64,000 nucleotides of DNA from a virus (Duplodnaviria > Heunggongvirae > Uroviricota > Caudoviricetes), in the IMG/VR virus record IMGVR_UViG_3300042401_001180. One strand, 5' to 3'. Under the pieces are notes generated by a model. That model searched no databases. It was not told the DNA's origin and saw only the letters and a program-made list of their open reading frames with translations. A program made the translations under genes and the position numbers. Shown here in pieces: positions 19,494 through 28,932 of this stretch (its first letter is position 1; the number at the start of each line of letters is the position of its first letter).

Positions 19494-19894
19494 TATTTAT
19501 AATTTTTACCTGTTGGACCAAAAGTTCTTCCCGATGACCATTTTTCTCCTGATTTACCCAACATATTACCAGGACCTCTAGTTGTTTTATCCTCTCTTTT
19601 GGCACTTGTTATTGGGTTACCTGGACCTCTCGCAGCTCCCGATTCCCAAGGAGTGATACTTGCTCCTGTATCGGATTTTGTATCTGTTGTAGTATCTGTG
19701 GGAGCATCTTCCTCATCCAATTCACCCTCAGACATACCATCAACCGCATCATTATCACCATCATCAGTAGATGGACCTTTTTGTTTAATATCTTGATCAC
19801 TTCCAGTCTTAGATAAATTAATGTCAGTATCTAATTGATCTTCCGAAATCATTAATGATAGTATCCTTCTTATATTTTGTTCTAATAGATTCAT
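19493..19894 (-). CDS. Acidic/low-complexity protein with repeated W.SG..RGP.N motifs and leader
   Basis: MNLLEQNIRRILSLMISE; PWESGAARGPGN, TRGPGN, KWSSGRTFGP. Confidence 0.75.
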   Translation of the reverse strand: MNLLEQNIRRILSLMISEDQLDTDINLSKTGSDQDIKQKGPSTDDGDNDAVDGMSEGELDEEDAPTDTTTDTKSDTGASITPWESGAARGPGNPITSAKREDKTTRGPGNMLGKSGEKWSSGRTFGPTGKNYK

Positions 19895-19912
19895 TTTTTT
19901 ATAAATATCAAA

Positions 19913-20266
19913 TTATTTTAGTAACGACTTTATTAAATCCAAAAAACGAACTAATAGATTTTTTTTTATAACCTCACTTTTTATGATAAGGTTATTAAAA
20001 TAAAAATAAATATCTCTTTTTAGTTTTGAATTTTTAGTTATAAAACTAAAATTATAATGGTTTTTAATTACCCACGTAGAGAATATCTCCACATTTAAAA
20101 ACTCACCACTATTAAAGGGTAAATTATTTTTAAAATTACTTTCAACGTTGGTTATCTTAAATGACGGTGTTACTAACAAGGTAATTTTTTTAACGCCAAA
20201 AACCCCACTCCTTTCTAAGTGTATTTTGGCGATAAAATTACTAATATTGGTAGTTGTTATTGACAT
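19913..20266 (-). CDS. Hypothetical basic protein
   Basis: 117 aa ORF colinear with neighbours, TATTTAT upstream. Confidence 0.6.
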   Translation of the reverse strand: MSITTTNISNFIAKIHLERSGVFGVKKITLLVTPSFKITNVESNFKNNLPFNSGEFLNVEIFSTWVIKNHYNFSFITKNSKLKRDIYFYFNNLIIKSEVIKKNLLVRFLDLIKSLLK

Positions 20267-20316
20267 ACCAATAAATATAATAAAATACGATTTTTTAGTC
20301 TACTGTAAGATTATAC

Positions 20317-21942
20317 TTAACTTTCTAATGACGGGTCGTTTTTAATTATGCCAACTACCTTTGCGTTACTGTCTGCCCAATCAGTACCATTAAAACTATT
20401 GTTTCTTGATTCAACAGCAACGTCAACAAGTTCATCACCCGTTTTACCCGCACTTACCGCATTATTAATGTCATCAGCAAAGTCTTGGAAGTATCCAGGA
20501 CCATTCCAACACGCATATGCAAAATGAAATAACAATCTTTTACTTGACTCAACTTCTTTTTTTGATTCTGAACTAAAATATCTTGAATTTTTATCATAAG
20601 ATGATTTCATTAATGCTGCCGCTCTTAATTTAAGATCCTCTCTAAGTGATCCACCACCGTAATTGTATTTCCAAGTTTTACAAAACTCTACCATACTACC
20701 TGCGTTTTCTTTTTCGTCATCAATAACTCCAAAAAATTCTCTACCTGCAGAATCATTATCCCATCCACCTGCACGTCTATCAATACCAAACATAGTCTCA
20801 CCTGAATTGTCATACATAGACTCATATGGGTGATTAACACATTTTTTATTTGCCGGTGTAAGTCTATCGTTATTCCAATAACCCCCTTCAAATTTATCAA
20901 TAATTTTATCAGTAAAAGATTTCCAAACACTATCAACAGAACCTGTGAATTTTCTTATTTCTTTTTTTACCTTATCTACAGAATCAACACTTATATACTT
21001 ACTTAAATCTTCCTCATCAAAACTTTTTATTTTTAAATCATAAAACAATTCTTCTAAGGTATCGTTGTCACAAACACCCGTTTCAGGTAACCCTCTCATA
21101 CTTTGGTAGTATATTACCGTCTCTTCTGTTTCTAAATCGTACTTACCGTTTACCTCAATGTCGTCGTTAGTTATAAAATTTAATGCTATTTGTATTTGTT
21201 CTATATCTAATTTATGTGTTTGGTTTGTTCTTGTGTCATATTGATTTCCTGATTTATATATGTCCTCAAATCTCTCCAAAAACTCATATATGGTATCAAA
21301 ATCCGTTTCATCGTCTCCAGGTATAATTTCATTTTTAGAGTTAACAAACGGAGCCCCTTGTAAATCTTGATTTATTGGTGTGTTAATATCTAAATCAGTA
21401 ACATCATCTAAAATTGATTTTGCAATTTCTGTTTTTATATTATTAATTTTTTCTTTTGAAATACCCCCACCATAATCGACAGAATTATAAGTACCAACAA
21501 CTTTAACGTTATTTTTATCAAATACGTTATAAAAATTACCAATCTCTAATTCTAAATTTTTTATCACCTGTTCTTCTTCTTCTGAATAAAAGTACGACTC
21601 ATCAATGATTGCTCTTATAATGTTAAGTCTTGATTTAGGAAAAACTCTACGAATTTCTTTACATAACATATTTATGTCTCCCGTATTTTTAAATTTATCA
21701 TCAGTACCAATAGAAAAGAATACGTGATCAACACTTAAATCGTTTTCCATACCACTTAATCGATTAATTAAATCTCCGATTAATAAAAACTTATCACTTA
21801 ACTCTTTAATGATAGTTAAGTCATCGTCATATAAAAAATATATTAACTCATCACCAAACATGATTGTTTTTACAGGTGAAAATTCTTCTTTTAGATTTAC
21901 AAATCTTTTAAACGATCTTATTTCATTTAATAAATTATCCAT
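20317..21942 (-). CDS. Multidomain muramidase-like protein: peptidoglycan-binding domain plus lysozyme-like (GH108-type) C-terminus, with leader
   Basis: IQIAL......I.V.G.Y..ETEE.V..YQ...GL..TG.CD..T (PG-binding); IIDKFEGGY...GETMFGID (GH108-like catalytic EGG); MDNLLNEIRSFK. Confidence 0.7.
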   Translation of the reverse strand: MDNLLNEIRSFKRFVNLKEEFSPVKTIMFGDELIYFLYDDDLTIIKELSDKFLLIGDLINRLSGMENDLSVDHVFFSIGTDDKFKNTGDINMLCKEIRRVFPKSRLNIIRAIIDESYFYSEEEEQVIKNLELEIGNFYNVFDKNNVKVVGTYNSVDYGGGISKEKINNIKTEIAKSILDDVTDLDINTPINQDLQGAPFVNSKNEIIPGDDETDFDTIYEFLERFEDIYKSGNQYDTRTNQTHKLDIEQIQIALNFITNDDIEVNGKYDLETEETVIYYQSMRGLPETGVCDNDTLEELFYDLKIKSFDEEDLSKYISVDSVDKVKKEIRKFTGSVDSVWKSFTDKIIDKFEGGYWNNDRLTPANKKCVNHPYESMYDNSGETMFGIDRRAGGWDNDSAGREFFGVIDDEKENAGSMVEFCKTWKYNYGGGSLREDLKLRAAALMKSSYDKNSRYFSSESKKEVESSKRLLFHFAYACWNGPGYFQDFADDINNAVSAGKTGDELVDVAVESRNNSFNGTDWADSNAKVVGIIKNDPSLES

Positions 21943-21945
21943 ATT

Positions 21946-22251
21946 TTATTTAAATTCTGGTTTAGGTATTTTTTTAGGGTAAACGACATAGTACTCGTTT
22001 AAAAAACTTGTTAAGGTATTATCATCGTCAATGTAATCTAAGTCATCATCCTCCCATTCATCTTCCTCATCAATTAAGGACTCAAAAATTTTAAAGTCTT
22101 TACCATTATCAAAACCAAATTCTTCAAAATATGAATATTCAATAAAATCCTCCCTAACAACATCGTCGTCATCACCTAACATTCTAAATTCAACTATAAT
22201 TAAGTTTTGAGTCTTATCAATATAGTGAGATATTATATCAACAACTTCCAT
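21946..22251 (-). CDS. Acidic hypothetical protein
   Basis: 101 aa ORF in operon. Confidence 0.75.
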   Translation of the reverse strand: MEVVDIISHYIDKTQNLIIVEFRMLGDDDDVVREDFIEYSYFEEFGFDNGKDFKIFESLIDEEDEWEDDDLDYIDDDNTLTSFLNEYYVVYPKKIPKPEFK

Positions 22252-22253
22252 TT

Positions 22254-22778
22254 TTAATAATTTTTAAACTTTTTAAACATATCTAAAGATTTTTTAACAC
22301 TCTCATTAACCTCATCGATATTAGTTTCTTCATTATCTAAATAGGTTTCCATGTCAAGTAATGGTTCAAAATTATATGTTTCTTTATCGTCTTCATCGTA
22401 GTTAGATCCTTCATCATCGTAACTACCACCATAATATGGGTCAGTAGGTCCTTTTGAATCAAACTCATAAGGTTTTGTACCTGAATTAGGTTGAGTCATA
22501 CTTTGTTGTGGTCCAGGTGAATCAAAATCATATGCCGAATCAATCTCGTCATAATGTAAATTTTTTGCTGCAATTTCATTAACGTTATGGTTAGTGTATT
22601 GTTTTACCACTCCTTGATTAGTAACAGTAACTCCCACTTTATCTTGTGCTGCGTCATAAACCGTTAGTGGTGTCATATTAGTCGGTACATTACCAACAGC
22701 ATATCCATCATATAATTTACTGTGTTGTTGTTTGATTTGTTGTCTTTCTTCATCAGACATCATTGAAAATCCTCTCAT
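22254..22778 (-). CDS. Hypothetical protein (acidic, ends NESVKKSLDMFKKFK)
   Basis: 174 aa; S.EERQQI..QH N-terminus; scaffold-like C-terminus. Confidence 0.75.
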   Translation of the reverse strand: MRGFSMMSDEERQQIKQQHSKLYDGYAVGNVPTNMTPLTVYDAAQDKVGVTVTNQGVVKQYTNHNVNEIAAKNLHYDEIDSAYDFDSPGPQQSMTQPNSGTKPYEFDSKGPTDPYYGGSYDDEGSNYDEDDKETYNFEPLLDMETYLDNEETNIDEVNESVKKSLDMFKKFKNY

Positions 22779-23485
22779 TTTATTTCTTTATTTAAATATT
22801 TATCCGCGTTATTTACCCAATGTTTTTTTGCAGTTTTTGCTAACCTAATCATCATTCTTTGTATTTTTGGTATCTCAACTTCTTGTCCATTATTTTCTAA
22901 ATACTTCATTGAGTTTCTTATAAATATATCTTTAACTTTTTGGGCTCTCGATAATATTAATTCGTGGACTTCTTCTTCCTCCTCATCGAATTCTTTTCGG
23001 TAAGATTGTAATCTTATAAAATCTTTTATATATTCGGGACCTGATAATAAGAATGATCCACCATCGGTAATCATATTAAAGAATCCTGTTCGTCTTTCAA
23101 GTTCAAGTAGTTCACAAATAGTGTTTAATTCTGTCTTACTAAAAATTGTAAAAAATTCCCCCCAATCAACAAGGGATTCGATATTTGAAAACATATCAAA
23201 AGCGGACTCATTAATATTATCGTTTGATTCGTAATATTTTTTATCGTAAACCCAAGCATCGTCATTAGGGATTAAACTAAGTCTACTTATTTGTTTTTCA
23301 TTTTCATCAAACCATCTCATTAAATAACCAAAATCGGGATCGTTTTTACTATGTTTAGGTAAAGGTGTGATTCCCGTAACTAAACCTTTAGAACCGATAG
23401 GAACTGAGTAGTCATTCATATGTATTAGAATTACTCTATCACCAATTTTAAGTTCAGGATTTATTTCCTTGAAATTTTTTTTCAT
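22775..23485 (-). CDS. Hypothetical protein with N-terminal SH3/KOW-like barrel
   Basis: LKIGDRV.LI.M.D...P.G..G.V; internal NINE|S junction. Confidence 0.7.
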   Translation of the reverse strand: MKKNFKEINPELKIGDRVILIHMNDYSVPIGSKGLVTGITPLPKHSKNDPDFGYLMRWFDENEKQISRLSLIPNDDAWVYDKKYYESNDNINESAFDMFSNIESLVDWGEFFTIFSKTELNTICELLELERRTGFFNMITDGGSFLLSGPEYIKDFIRLQSYRKEFDEEEEEVHELILSRAQKVKDIFIRNSMKYLENNGQEVEIPKIQRMMIRLAKTAKKHWVNNADKYLNKEIK

Positions 23486-23521
23486 ATAGATAAATATAAT
23501 TATAAATATAAATGTATTAAG

Positions 23522-23737
23522 ATGATGAAGTTTTTAAAGTATTTAATAATTACTCTTATGGATAAGTATGGTTCATTTATGTGGTTTGGTACACACATAT
23601 CTATGACTCAAACAGATTGGCATTGGGTACTCGAAACTTTTTTTTGTGTTTTAGTAAACTTTTTAGTAATTTTTTCCTTATATTTACAGTATAAAGAAAT
23701 TGAAAATAAAAAATCGCAGAAACCTACCGATACCTGA
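23522..23737 (+). CDS. Small membrane protein
   Basis: 71 aa with hydrophobic segments, isolated on the plus strand. Confidence 0.55.
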   Translation: MMKFLKYLIITLMDKYGSFMWFGTHISMTQTDWHWVLETFFCVLVNFLVIFSLYLQYKEIENKKSQKPTDT

Positions 23738-23819
23738 AGACTCTGCTTGAGGTAGAAAAACATTATCAGTATTCTTACATTGGAGAATAAAATCGTACCT
23801 AACAGGTTGATGTATGAGA

Positions 23820-24386
23820 TTATCTAACAATTGTTAAATTTCCGTGTTCTAATATTTTACTGTCGTTATCAAAAACATTAAATTCTAATTTCCAAATATA
23901 AACTCCGTCAGGACATTTTTTTCCGTTATACGTACCATCCCATCTTCCGTTAGTATCGTGTGATTCCCATACAACATTACCCCATCTATTGAATATTAAA
24001 AATTCAAATCCGTTAATGTCATACCCTTCTGTCATTACAGGACCAAAAAGTTGGTTGTACTCATTTCCGTCAGGTGTAAAACAATTTGGTACCCAATAAA
24101 TGGTGCCAGGGCAGTCAGTTACAACTACTTGTAAACTTTCTTCAACATAACAAGGACCATTTTCTCTTCTAACTAATATGTTATATGTTCCGGTATTACT
24201 AAACGTATATGTTAATTCATTTGTAATATATTGTGTATTATTCACATACCAAGAGTTTGTTCCATCACTTGTTGATGTAGAAAAATAAGTAACAGTTTTA
24301 GATTCTCCAGCACAGAGTTCTATTGACTGTTGTGCTGAAGACTCTAAGGACAAAAATAAAAATAATATGAAAAGAATTAATCTCAT
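23820..24386 (-). CDS. Secreted protein with T9SS type-B C-terminal sorting domain (gliding motility-associated CTD, CHU_C)
   Basis: signal peptide MRLILFILFLFLSLESSAQ; YWVPNCFTPDGN..N..F...IFNRWG..V.ES...WDGTYNG.....GVY.W.L. Confidence 0.9.
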   Translation of the reverse strand: MRLILFILFLFLSLESSAQQSIELCAGESKTVTYFSTSTSDGTNSWYVNNTQYITNELTYTFSNTGTYNILVRRENGPCYVEESLQVVVTDCPGTIYWVPNCFTPDGNEYNQLFGPVMTEGYDINGFEFLIFNRWGNVVWESHDTNGRWDGTYNGKKCPDGVYIWKLEFNVFDNDSKILEHGNLTIVR

Positions 24387-24965
24387 TTAGTTATGTTGGA
24401 TTGGGGATAATGTTGGTGTACCATAAACAGGGACAACAACAGAAGTTGGAAACGTACATCCAGCAGACCCAACAGTATACGTTACTGTCGATGTTGCGTT
24501 TGTACCATTTGCTACGTTATCAGGACAGAATTGGTTTCCTGAAACACCTAAACCACTCCAAGTACCCCCCGCAGGTAAACCAACTAATGTAACACAAGGA
24601 TCAGACTCACAAAATGGACCTAAAGCCGTTATTGTCGGTATTACTTGATAAATCAAAACGTTTAGATTCACAGGAGTTGCCGGACAGTTTGCGGGTGGTG
24701 GTGATGAGTATGTGACAGACACACCGTTTGTAATTAAACCAGGTGATGCTGTTGACCAATTAACAGAAATAGTATTTGTTCCTTGACCTGCAGTAATAAC
24801 TCCAGGTGATGTGACAGTCCAAGTATAGGTTCCCGACCCTACAGAAGGTATCGTATACGTAGAAAGTGACGTTGATTGATAACAAACGGTATCAGGGTTT
24901 GTTGTTGATTGTGATAATGAAATCCCCGAAATCATTGTCATTAAAATAAGTAAAATTCTTTTCAT
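24387..24965 (-). CDS. Secreted PKD/Ig-like domain protein
   Basis: signal peptide; TYTWTVT..G.I..GQGTNTISVNW; ends ...LSPIQHN. Confidence 0.8.
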   Translation of the reverse strand: MKRILLILMTMISGISLSQSTTNPDTVCYQSTSLSTYTIPSVGSGTYTWTVTSPGVITAGQGTNTISVNWSTASPGLITNGVSVTYSSPPPANCPATPVNLNVLIYQVIPTITALGPFCESDPCVTLVGLPAGGTWSGLGVSGNQFCPDNVANGTNATSTVTYTVGSAGCTFPTSVVVPVYGTPTLSPIQHN

Positions 24966-24971
24966 AGTTAT

Positions 24972-25565
24972 TTAATTATGGTTTATTGGTCCCAAAACTA
25001 TTGGGGTAGCATTTATAGTTCCATTAAATATTGTAAATGGTGTAACAGTATCACATGAATTACTTGTATAACTACCCCATAACCCGTCAGGTCCGGCAGT
25101 CACTTGTATCAATAAATTTTGGGGTGTACATACATTAGATACGGTAAGGGTAACACAAAATGTCCATACACAAGAACCCGAATCACCAAAATCGTTTCCT
25201 GGGTTACCATCAATAGTTAAATCAAAGAAATATCCCGGTCCTACAGTTACTATTGGTGTTGTTGTTGAAGTTACTGATGTTTTCCATACCCATTGACCTC
25301 CTGTTGAGTTTCCTCCACAGTTTGCGGGTGCGGTTTGTGGATTAACAGAAGCCCAACCTGAACCTAATGTTAAATCAAACCCCTCAATCCAATTGGTTCC
25401 TGTCTGAGTATACCCATTCATAGTATAACACATCGTAACTACTTGACCCGGCAAATAAGTTCCCCCAACGGGAGGTGGAGTTAATGTAAAAGATTGTGAT
25501 CCGTTACATTGTCCAAACGTAAAAAAATTTACAATAAAAAAAAGTATTAAAATTAAATATTTCAT
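24972..25565 (-). CDS. Secreted beta-rich Cys-containing protein
   Basis: signal peptide MKYLILILFFIVNFFTFGQ; paired Cys; ends ...LGPINHN. Confidence 0.8.
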   Translation of the reverse strand: MKYLILILFFIVNFFTFGQCNGSQSFTLTPPPVGGTYLPGQVVTMCYTMNGYTQTGTNWIEGFDLTLGSGWASVNPQTAPANCGGNSTGGQWVWKTSVTSTTTPIVTVGPGYFFDLTIDGNPGNDFGDSGSCVWTFCVTLTVSNVCTPQNLLIQVTAGPDGLWGSYTSNSCDTVTPFTIFNGTINATPIVLGPINHN

Positions 25566-25665
25566 ATAACTAATAAATATATATTAAAAAAAAATAGTGA
25601 TTAGTTTATTCTTATAACTTTTCATACTATGGTTATTAATTAATATTTATGATATTTATAGAAAT

Positions 25666-26295
25666 ATGTATAAACTAAAACTATTAAATATACTTAAAGA
25701 GGAGGTTACCGAACAAGGTTATGGTCGTTACTTTAAAGATTGGAAAACCTCTGACGGTAAGACTGTCGGAGATACTCGTGGGTTTGATTTTACTACCAAC
25801 AAACCTTTTGATAAGGACTATAAAAATCCTGAGACGGAGGTGTTATCTAGTGATGTTGAAGATACCGAAGAAAATGTTTACATTTTAGGTAAAAAAATGT
25901 CCATAGATAAGAACGGACCACAAAACCACCAATCAAGGGCTCTTGGTAATTGGCAATCAGACAACGCAACAGACATATTTAGTTCTCCAGGAACAACCGT
26001 TCATTCAGTAACAAAAGGAACGGTTAAAAAAATAGGGGGAAACCAAAACGATCACAATGGTAAAATATATGGGGCGAATGTAACAGTATCAGGTACTGAC
26101 GGATATCCTGATATATTTTACACACATATGCAAAATATAAAAGTAACAAAAGGACAAGTGGTTGGTGTTGGTACCCCAATAGGTGAAATATCAAAATGGG
26201 AGGATAACCCGTCAGGGTCTCACGTACATGTGGGGTTACCTTACGGTAAAAAATTATCAGATTTAATAGATTTAAATACGGGTAAATCAGTTTAA
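25666..26295 (+). CDS. M23-family metallopeptidase with leader
   Basis: H.......D I.....T.V..V..G.V, YTHM..I.V..GQ.V..G..IG, HVHVG; MYKLKLLNILKEE. Confidence 0.85.
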   Translation: MYKLKLLNILKEEVTEQGYGRYFKDWKTSDGKTVGDTRGFDFTTNKPFDKDYKNPETEVLSSDVEDTEENVYILGKKMSIDKNGPQNHQSRALGNWQSDNATDIFSSPGTTVHSVTKGTVKKIGGNQNDHNGKIYGANVTVSGTDGYPDIFYTHMQNIKVTKGQVVGVGTPIGEISKWEDNPSGSHVHVGLPYGKKLSDLIDLNTGKSV

Positions 26296-27218
26296 AAAAT
26301 ATTATAATTTCTTCCTGACGATTCTGTCAACTCCTCAGCATTAATTACAACTACCACTCTATCCCAATCATTGGTATCATATTCAGAGTCAATATCAGAA
26401 ACTAAAATATCCGAATGTCCCATTCTTGATGAAAGAGTCATTTCATATTCAAGTTCATCAATTCTATTATCGTCCTCCATTGGTTCTTCAAAACTAAAAA
26501 TTAAATTATCTAAAGTGGTACGATAGGTTGTATAATGAGATGTGTAATACTCTTCATCTGATTGTACTTGACCACTACCTTCACAATAGTCACAAGATTC
26601 ACTTCCATTCCCATCACATTGTCTACAGTCTTCAAACCCTTCACCATTACAACTATAACATTCAAAATTACCGGAACCACCACAAGAATCACACTCTTCA
26701 GACCCTCGTCCATCACAATGAACACATTCTACTTCGGTTTCATCCCCTTCATCGTCTTCTTCAGTTTCAGAACCTTTTCCATCACAATACCCACATTCTT
26801 GTGTCCCTTCACCATTACAACTATCACAATCTACAGTTTCTTCACCATCACACTCACCACAAGTTTCTCTACCACTTCCATCACACGAACTACAGTCAAC
26901 ATATCCATTACTGTAACATTCATTACATTCGTGATCTACGTATGATTTTTCTTCGTAATCCTCAACCGTGTATATATAAATTTTATCTAATAAAATAAAA
27001 ATATCGTCTTGTTTAAATCCCTTACTTAAAAAGTACGTATAGTAAATTACCCTTACTTTATCATAAAGGCTTAATTTTGAAAGGAACATTTCTATAATGT
27101 GATCAGTTTTAACTGTATGAGCAAGTAGTTGTAAATGGATTGTCCCAACATCAGAACTATTTTGCATAAAAGATAAAACTCTTTCTGCGTAACCATTAAG
27201 TTGTGAATCTGTAATCAA
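26292..27218 (-). CDS. DnaJ-type zinc-finger repeat protein (10 CxxC(xGxG) motifs)
   Basis: CNEC, CSSC, CGEC, CDSC, CGYC, CVHC, CDSC, CYSC, CRQC, CDYC at ~11-residue spacing; TTG start. Confidence 0.8.
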   Translation of the reverse strand: MITDSQLNGYAERVLSFMQNSSDVGTIHLQLLAHTVKTDHIIEMFLSKLSLYDKVRVIYYTYFLSKGFKQDDIFILLDKIYIYTVEDYEEKSYVDHECNECYSNGYVDCSSCDGSGRETCGECDGEETVDCDSCNGEGTQECGYCDGKGSETEEDDEGDETEVECVHCDGRGSEECDSCGGSGNFECYSCNGEGFEDCRQCDGNGSESCDYCEGSGQVQSDEEYYTSHYTTYRTTLDNLIFSFEEPMEDDNRIDELEYEMTLSSRMGHSDILVSDIDSEYDTNDWDRVVVVINAEELTESSGRNYNIF

Positions 27219-27224
27219 AACGTA

Positions 27225-27662
27225 TTATTTTAAAAAACGTAATTTATATAAGGTTGAATTAATTAATTCGTTAACATTATCAATCTGATTTTGAATAAAC
27301 GTATCTTTACAACACCCTCTAAGTTTTTGAACTTTATCATCCAAATCTTTTAAATATTTAATGGTTGATTCAGTACTTTTATAGTTTACTATATCATATG
27401 ATTTATACCCTTCGATTATATCATATTTACCTTGGTACGACTCAATTATCCCGTCAACTAATCCATCAATACCTTCATAATAATTTTGTAATGCTTTATG
27501 TTCAGAATATGATTTAGTTTGGAGGTGTAATGCGTGAACTTGTGTTTGTGAGTGTAGTAATAATGACATCATTTCAACGAAATCGCCTGATTTATTTTCT
27601 TTTTGTTCTAATATTGGTTCAATATCAAACCCTTTATTTAATAATTCTTTTTTTGTTATCAT
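27225..27662 (-). CDS. Ferritin/Dps-like four-helix protein (DUF5856-like)
   Basis: H..HLQT.SY.EH.AL..YY..ID...D..IE.YQG.Y; start set at MITKKE (27662). Confidence 0.7.
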   Translation of the reverse strand: MITKKELLNKGFDIEPILEQKENKSGDFVEMMSLLLHSQTQVHALHLQTKSYSEHKALQNYYEGIDGLVDGIIESYQGKYDIIEGYKSYDIVNYKSTESTIKYLKDLDDKVQKLRGCCKDTFIQNQIDNVNELINSTLYKLRFLK

Positions 27663-27676
27663 AATTTTTTTGTATA

Positions 27677-27688
27677 TATTTATAAATA
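27677..27688. promoter_or_regulatory. Palindromic TATTTATAAATA serving divergent genes (representative of the window-wide TATTTAT upstream motif)
   Basis: same palindrome at 5198-5209, 10502-10513, 55707-55718; TATTTAT(A) lies a few nt to a few tens of nt upstream of most operon-first genes. Confidence 0.65.
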
Positions 27689-28314
27689 TGTCTGTACTAC
27701 AAGAAATAAAAAGAATTAAAAATTTAATGTTGATTAATGAAGGCAAATCAAAAGAAAATGATATACCTGAAGATAATCTTTTTAATAGTTTTAAACTTTC
27801 TGAGTTTAAAAAATTACCTCCGCCTGAAGATGATAGTGAAGAAACCAAAAAAGAGTTAGACTATTTAAAATCTATAGATATGGATAAAAGGTTTGTTCAA
27901 GAAAAAGACGATATATTAGGTAACTTTACTAAGTTTTTAGATGATAAAGGTGTTAGTTATGATAAAGATTTACTAAATAATATTAAATCTGACGCAGTTG
28001 CGGTAATACAAACACTAAAAAAACACTTTAAAAGACCTAGACCGTTTAAGTTAAATGATAGATTTAAGGATCCGTCTATGAAATCGACAAGGGGGTACTC
28101 ATATCCATCAGGACACTCAACCCAATCCAACCTATTATGTTTAGTTTTAAGTAAATTTTACCCTAAATATGAAAAGGACTTTAAAAAGATTGTAAAAGAT
28201 ATTGTATATTCTAGACAAATGGCTAAAGCACACTACCCATCGGACATAAAAATGGGTAAAAAGTTGGCTAAATCTATGTTTGAGTACTTAAAAGATAAGG
28301 ATTTAATCCATTAA
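27688..28314 (+). CDS. PAP2 / acid-phosphatase superfamily protein with leader
   Basis: K..F.RPRP, YPSGHS, SR....HYPSD; MSVLQEIKRIKNLMLINE. Confidence 0.85.
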   Translation: MSVLQEIKRIKNLMLINEGKSKENDIPEDNLFNSFKLSEFKKLPPPEDDSEETKKELDYLKSIDMDKRFVQEKDDILGNFTKFLDDKGVSYDKDLLNNIKSDAVAVIQTLKKHFKRPRPFKLNDRFKDPSMKSTRGYSYPSGHSTQSNLLCLVLSKFYPKYEKDFKKIVKDIVYSRQMAKAHYPSDIKMGKKLAKSMFEYLKDKDLIH

Positions 28315-28875
28315 ATTAGGTATTACTTCTTCTTGGAAGAAATATTTTACCTGATGTATATCATTTCCTAACTCATTTTGTAATCTTTTCTCTTTTGATT
28401 CATCGTATCCGGCAAATTCATCGTCAGAATCATATGTTTGGAATGAGTCTTGATCCAAAACAAAGTCAATTTCTGTTAAATTACCCTTCTTATCAGTAAC
28501 GATTAACCCAATCCACTCTTCACCTTGCCATTTTACACTACCATAATATATGTTTTCTTGAGGTAAGTTGTCTTCATAGTCATATCTGAATGAAAATTCA
28601 CTACCATCCTTTAAATAAGTGGTATATTCATCCCCTACTTTGCCGTTAAAATCGTCGTTTTTACCCTCAAAATCAGTGTTTTTAGGGGTGTTTTGGGGGG
28701 TAAACTCACCCTTTTTACCTGAATTTAACCACTCTGAGTACTGATTTAGGGTACTTTTTTCGTTATTTTCAAGGTTTTCGTACCCAATTTCGTTCATTTT
28801 ATCTAAAATTTGGTCGATTTCAGTGGTATTTTCCACTAAAAAACGGTATTGTGACTCTGTAATTATGATTTTCAT
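28303..28875 (-). CDS. Leader-bearing hypothetical protein (MKIIITESQY)
   Basis: 190 aa; IDQILDKM...GYENL segment. Confidence 0.8.
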   Translation of the reverse strand: MKIIITESQYRFLVENTTEIDQILDKMNEIGYENLENNEKSTLNQYSEWLNSGKKGEFTPQNTPKNTDFEGKNDDFNGKVGDEYTTYLKDGSEFSFRYDYEDNLPQENIYYGSVKWQGEEWIGLIVTDKKGNLTEIDFVLDQDSFQTYDSDDEFAGYDESKEKRLQNELGNDIHQVKYFFQEEVIPNLMD

Positions 28876-28932
28876 ACAAATAAATAGTCCAAAACGTTTG
28901 TTTTTACCTAAAAAAGTTGTATTTTAGCCTAA

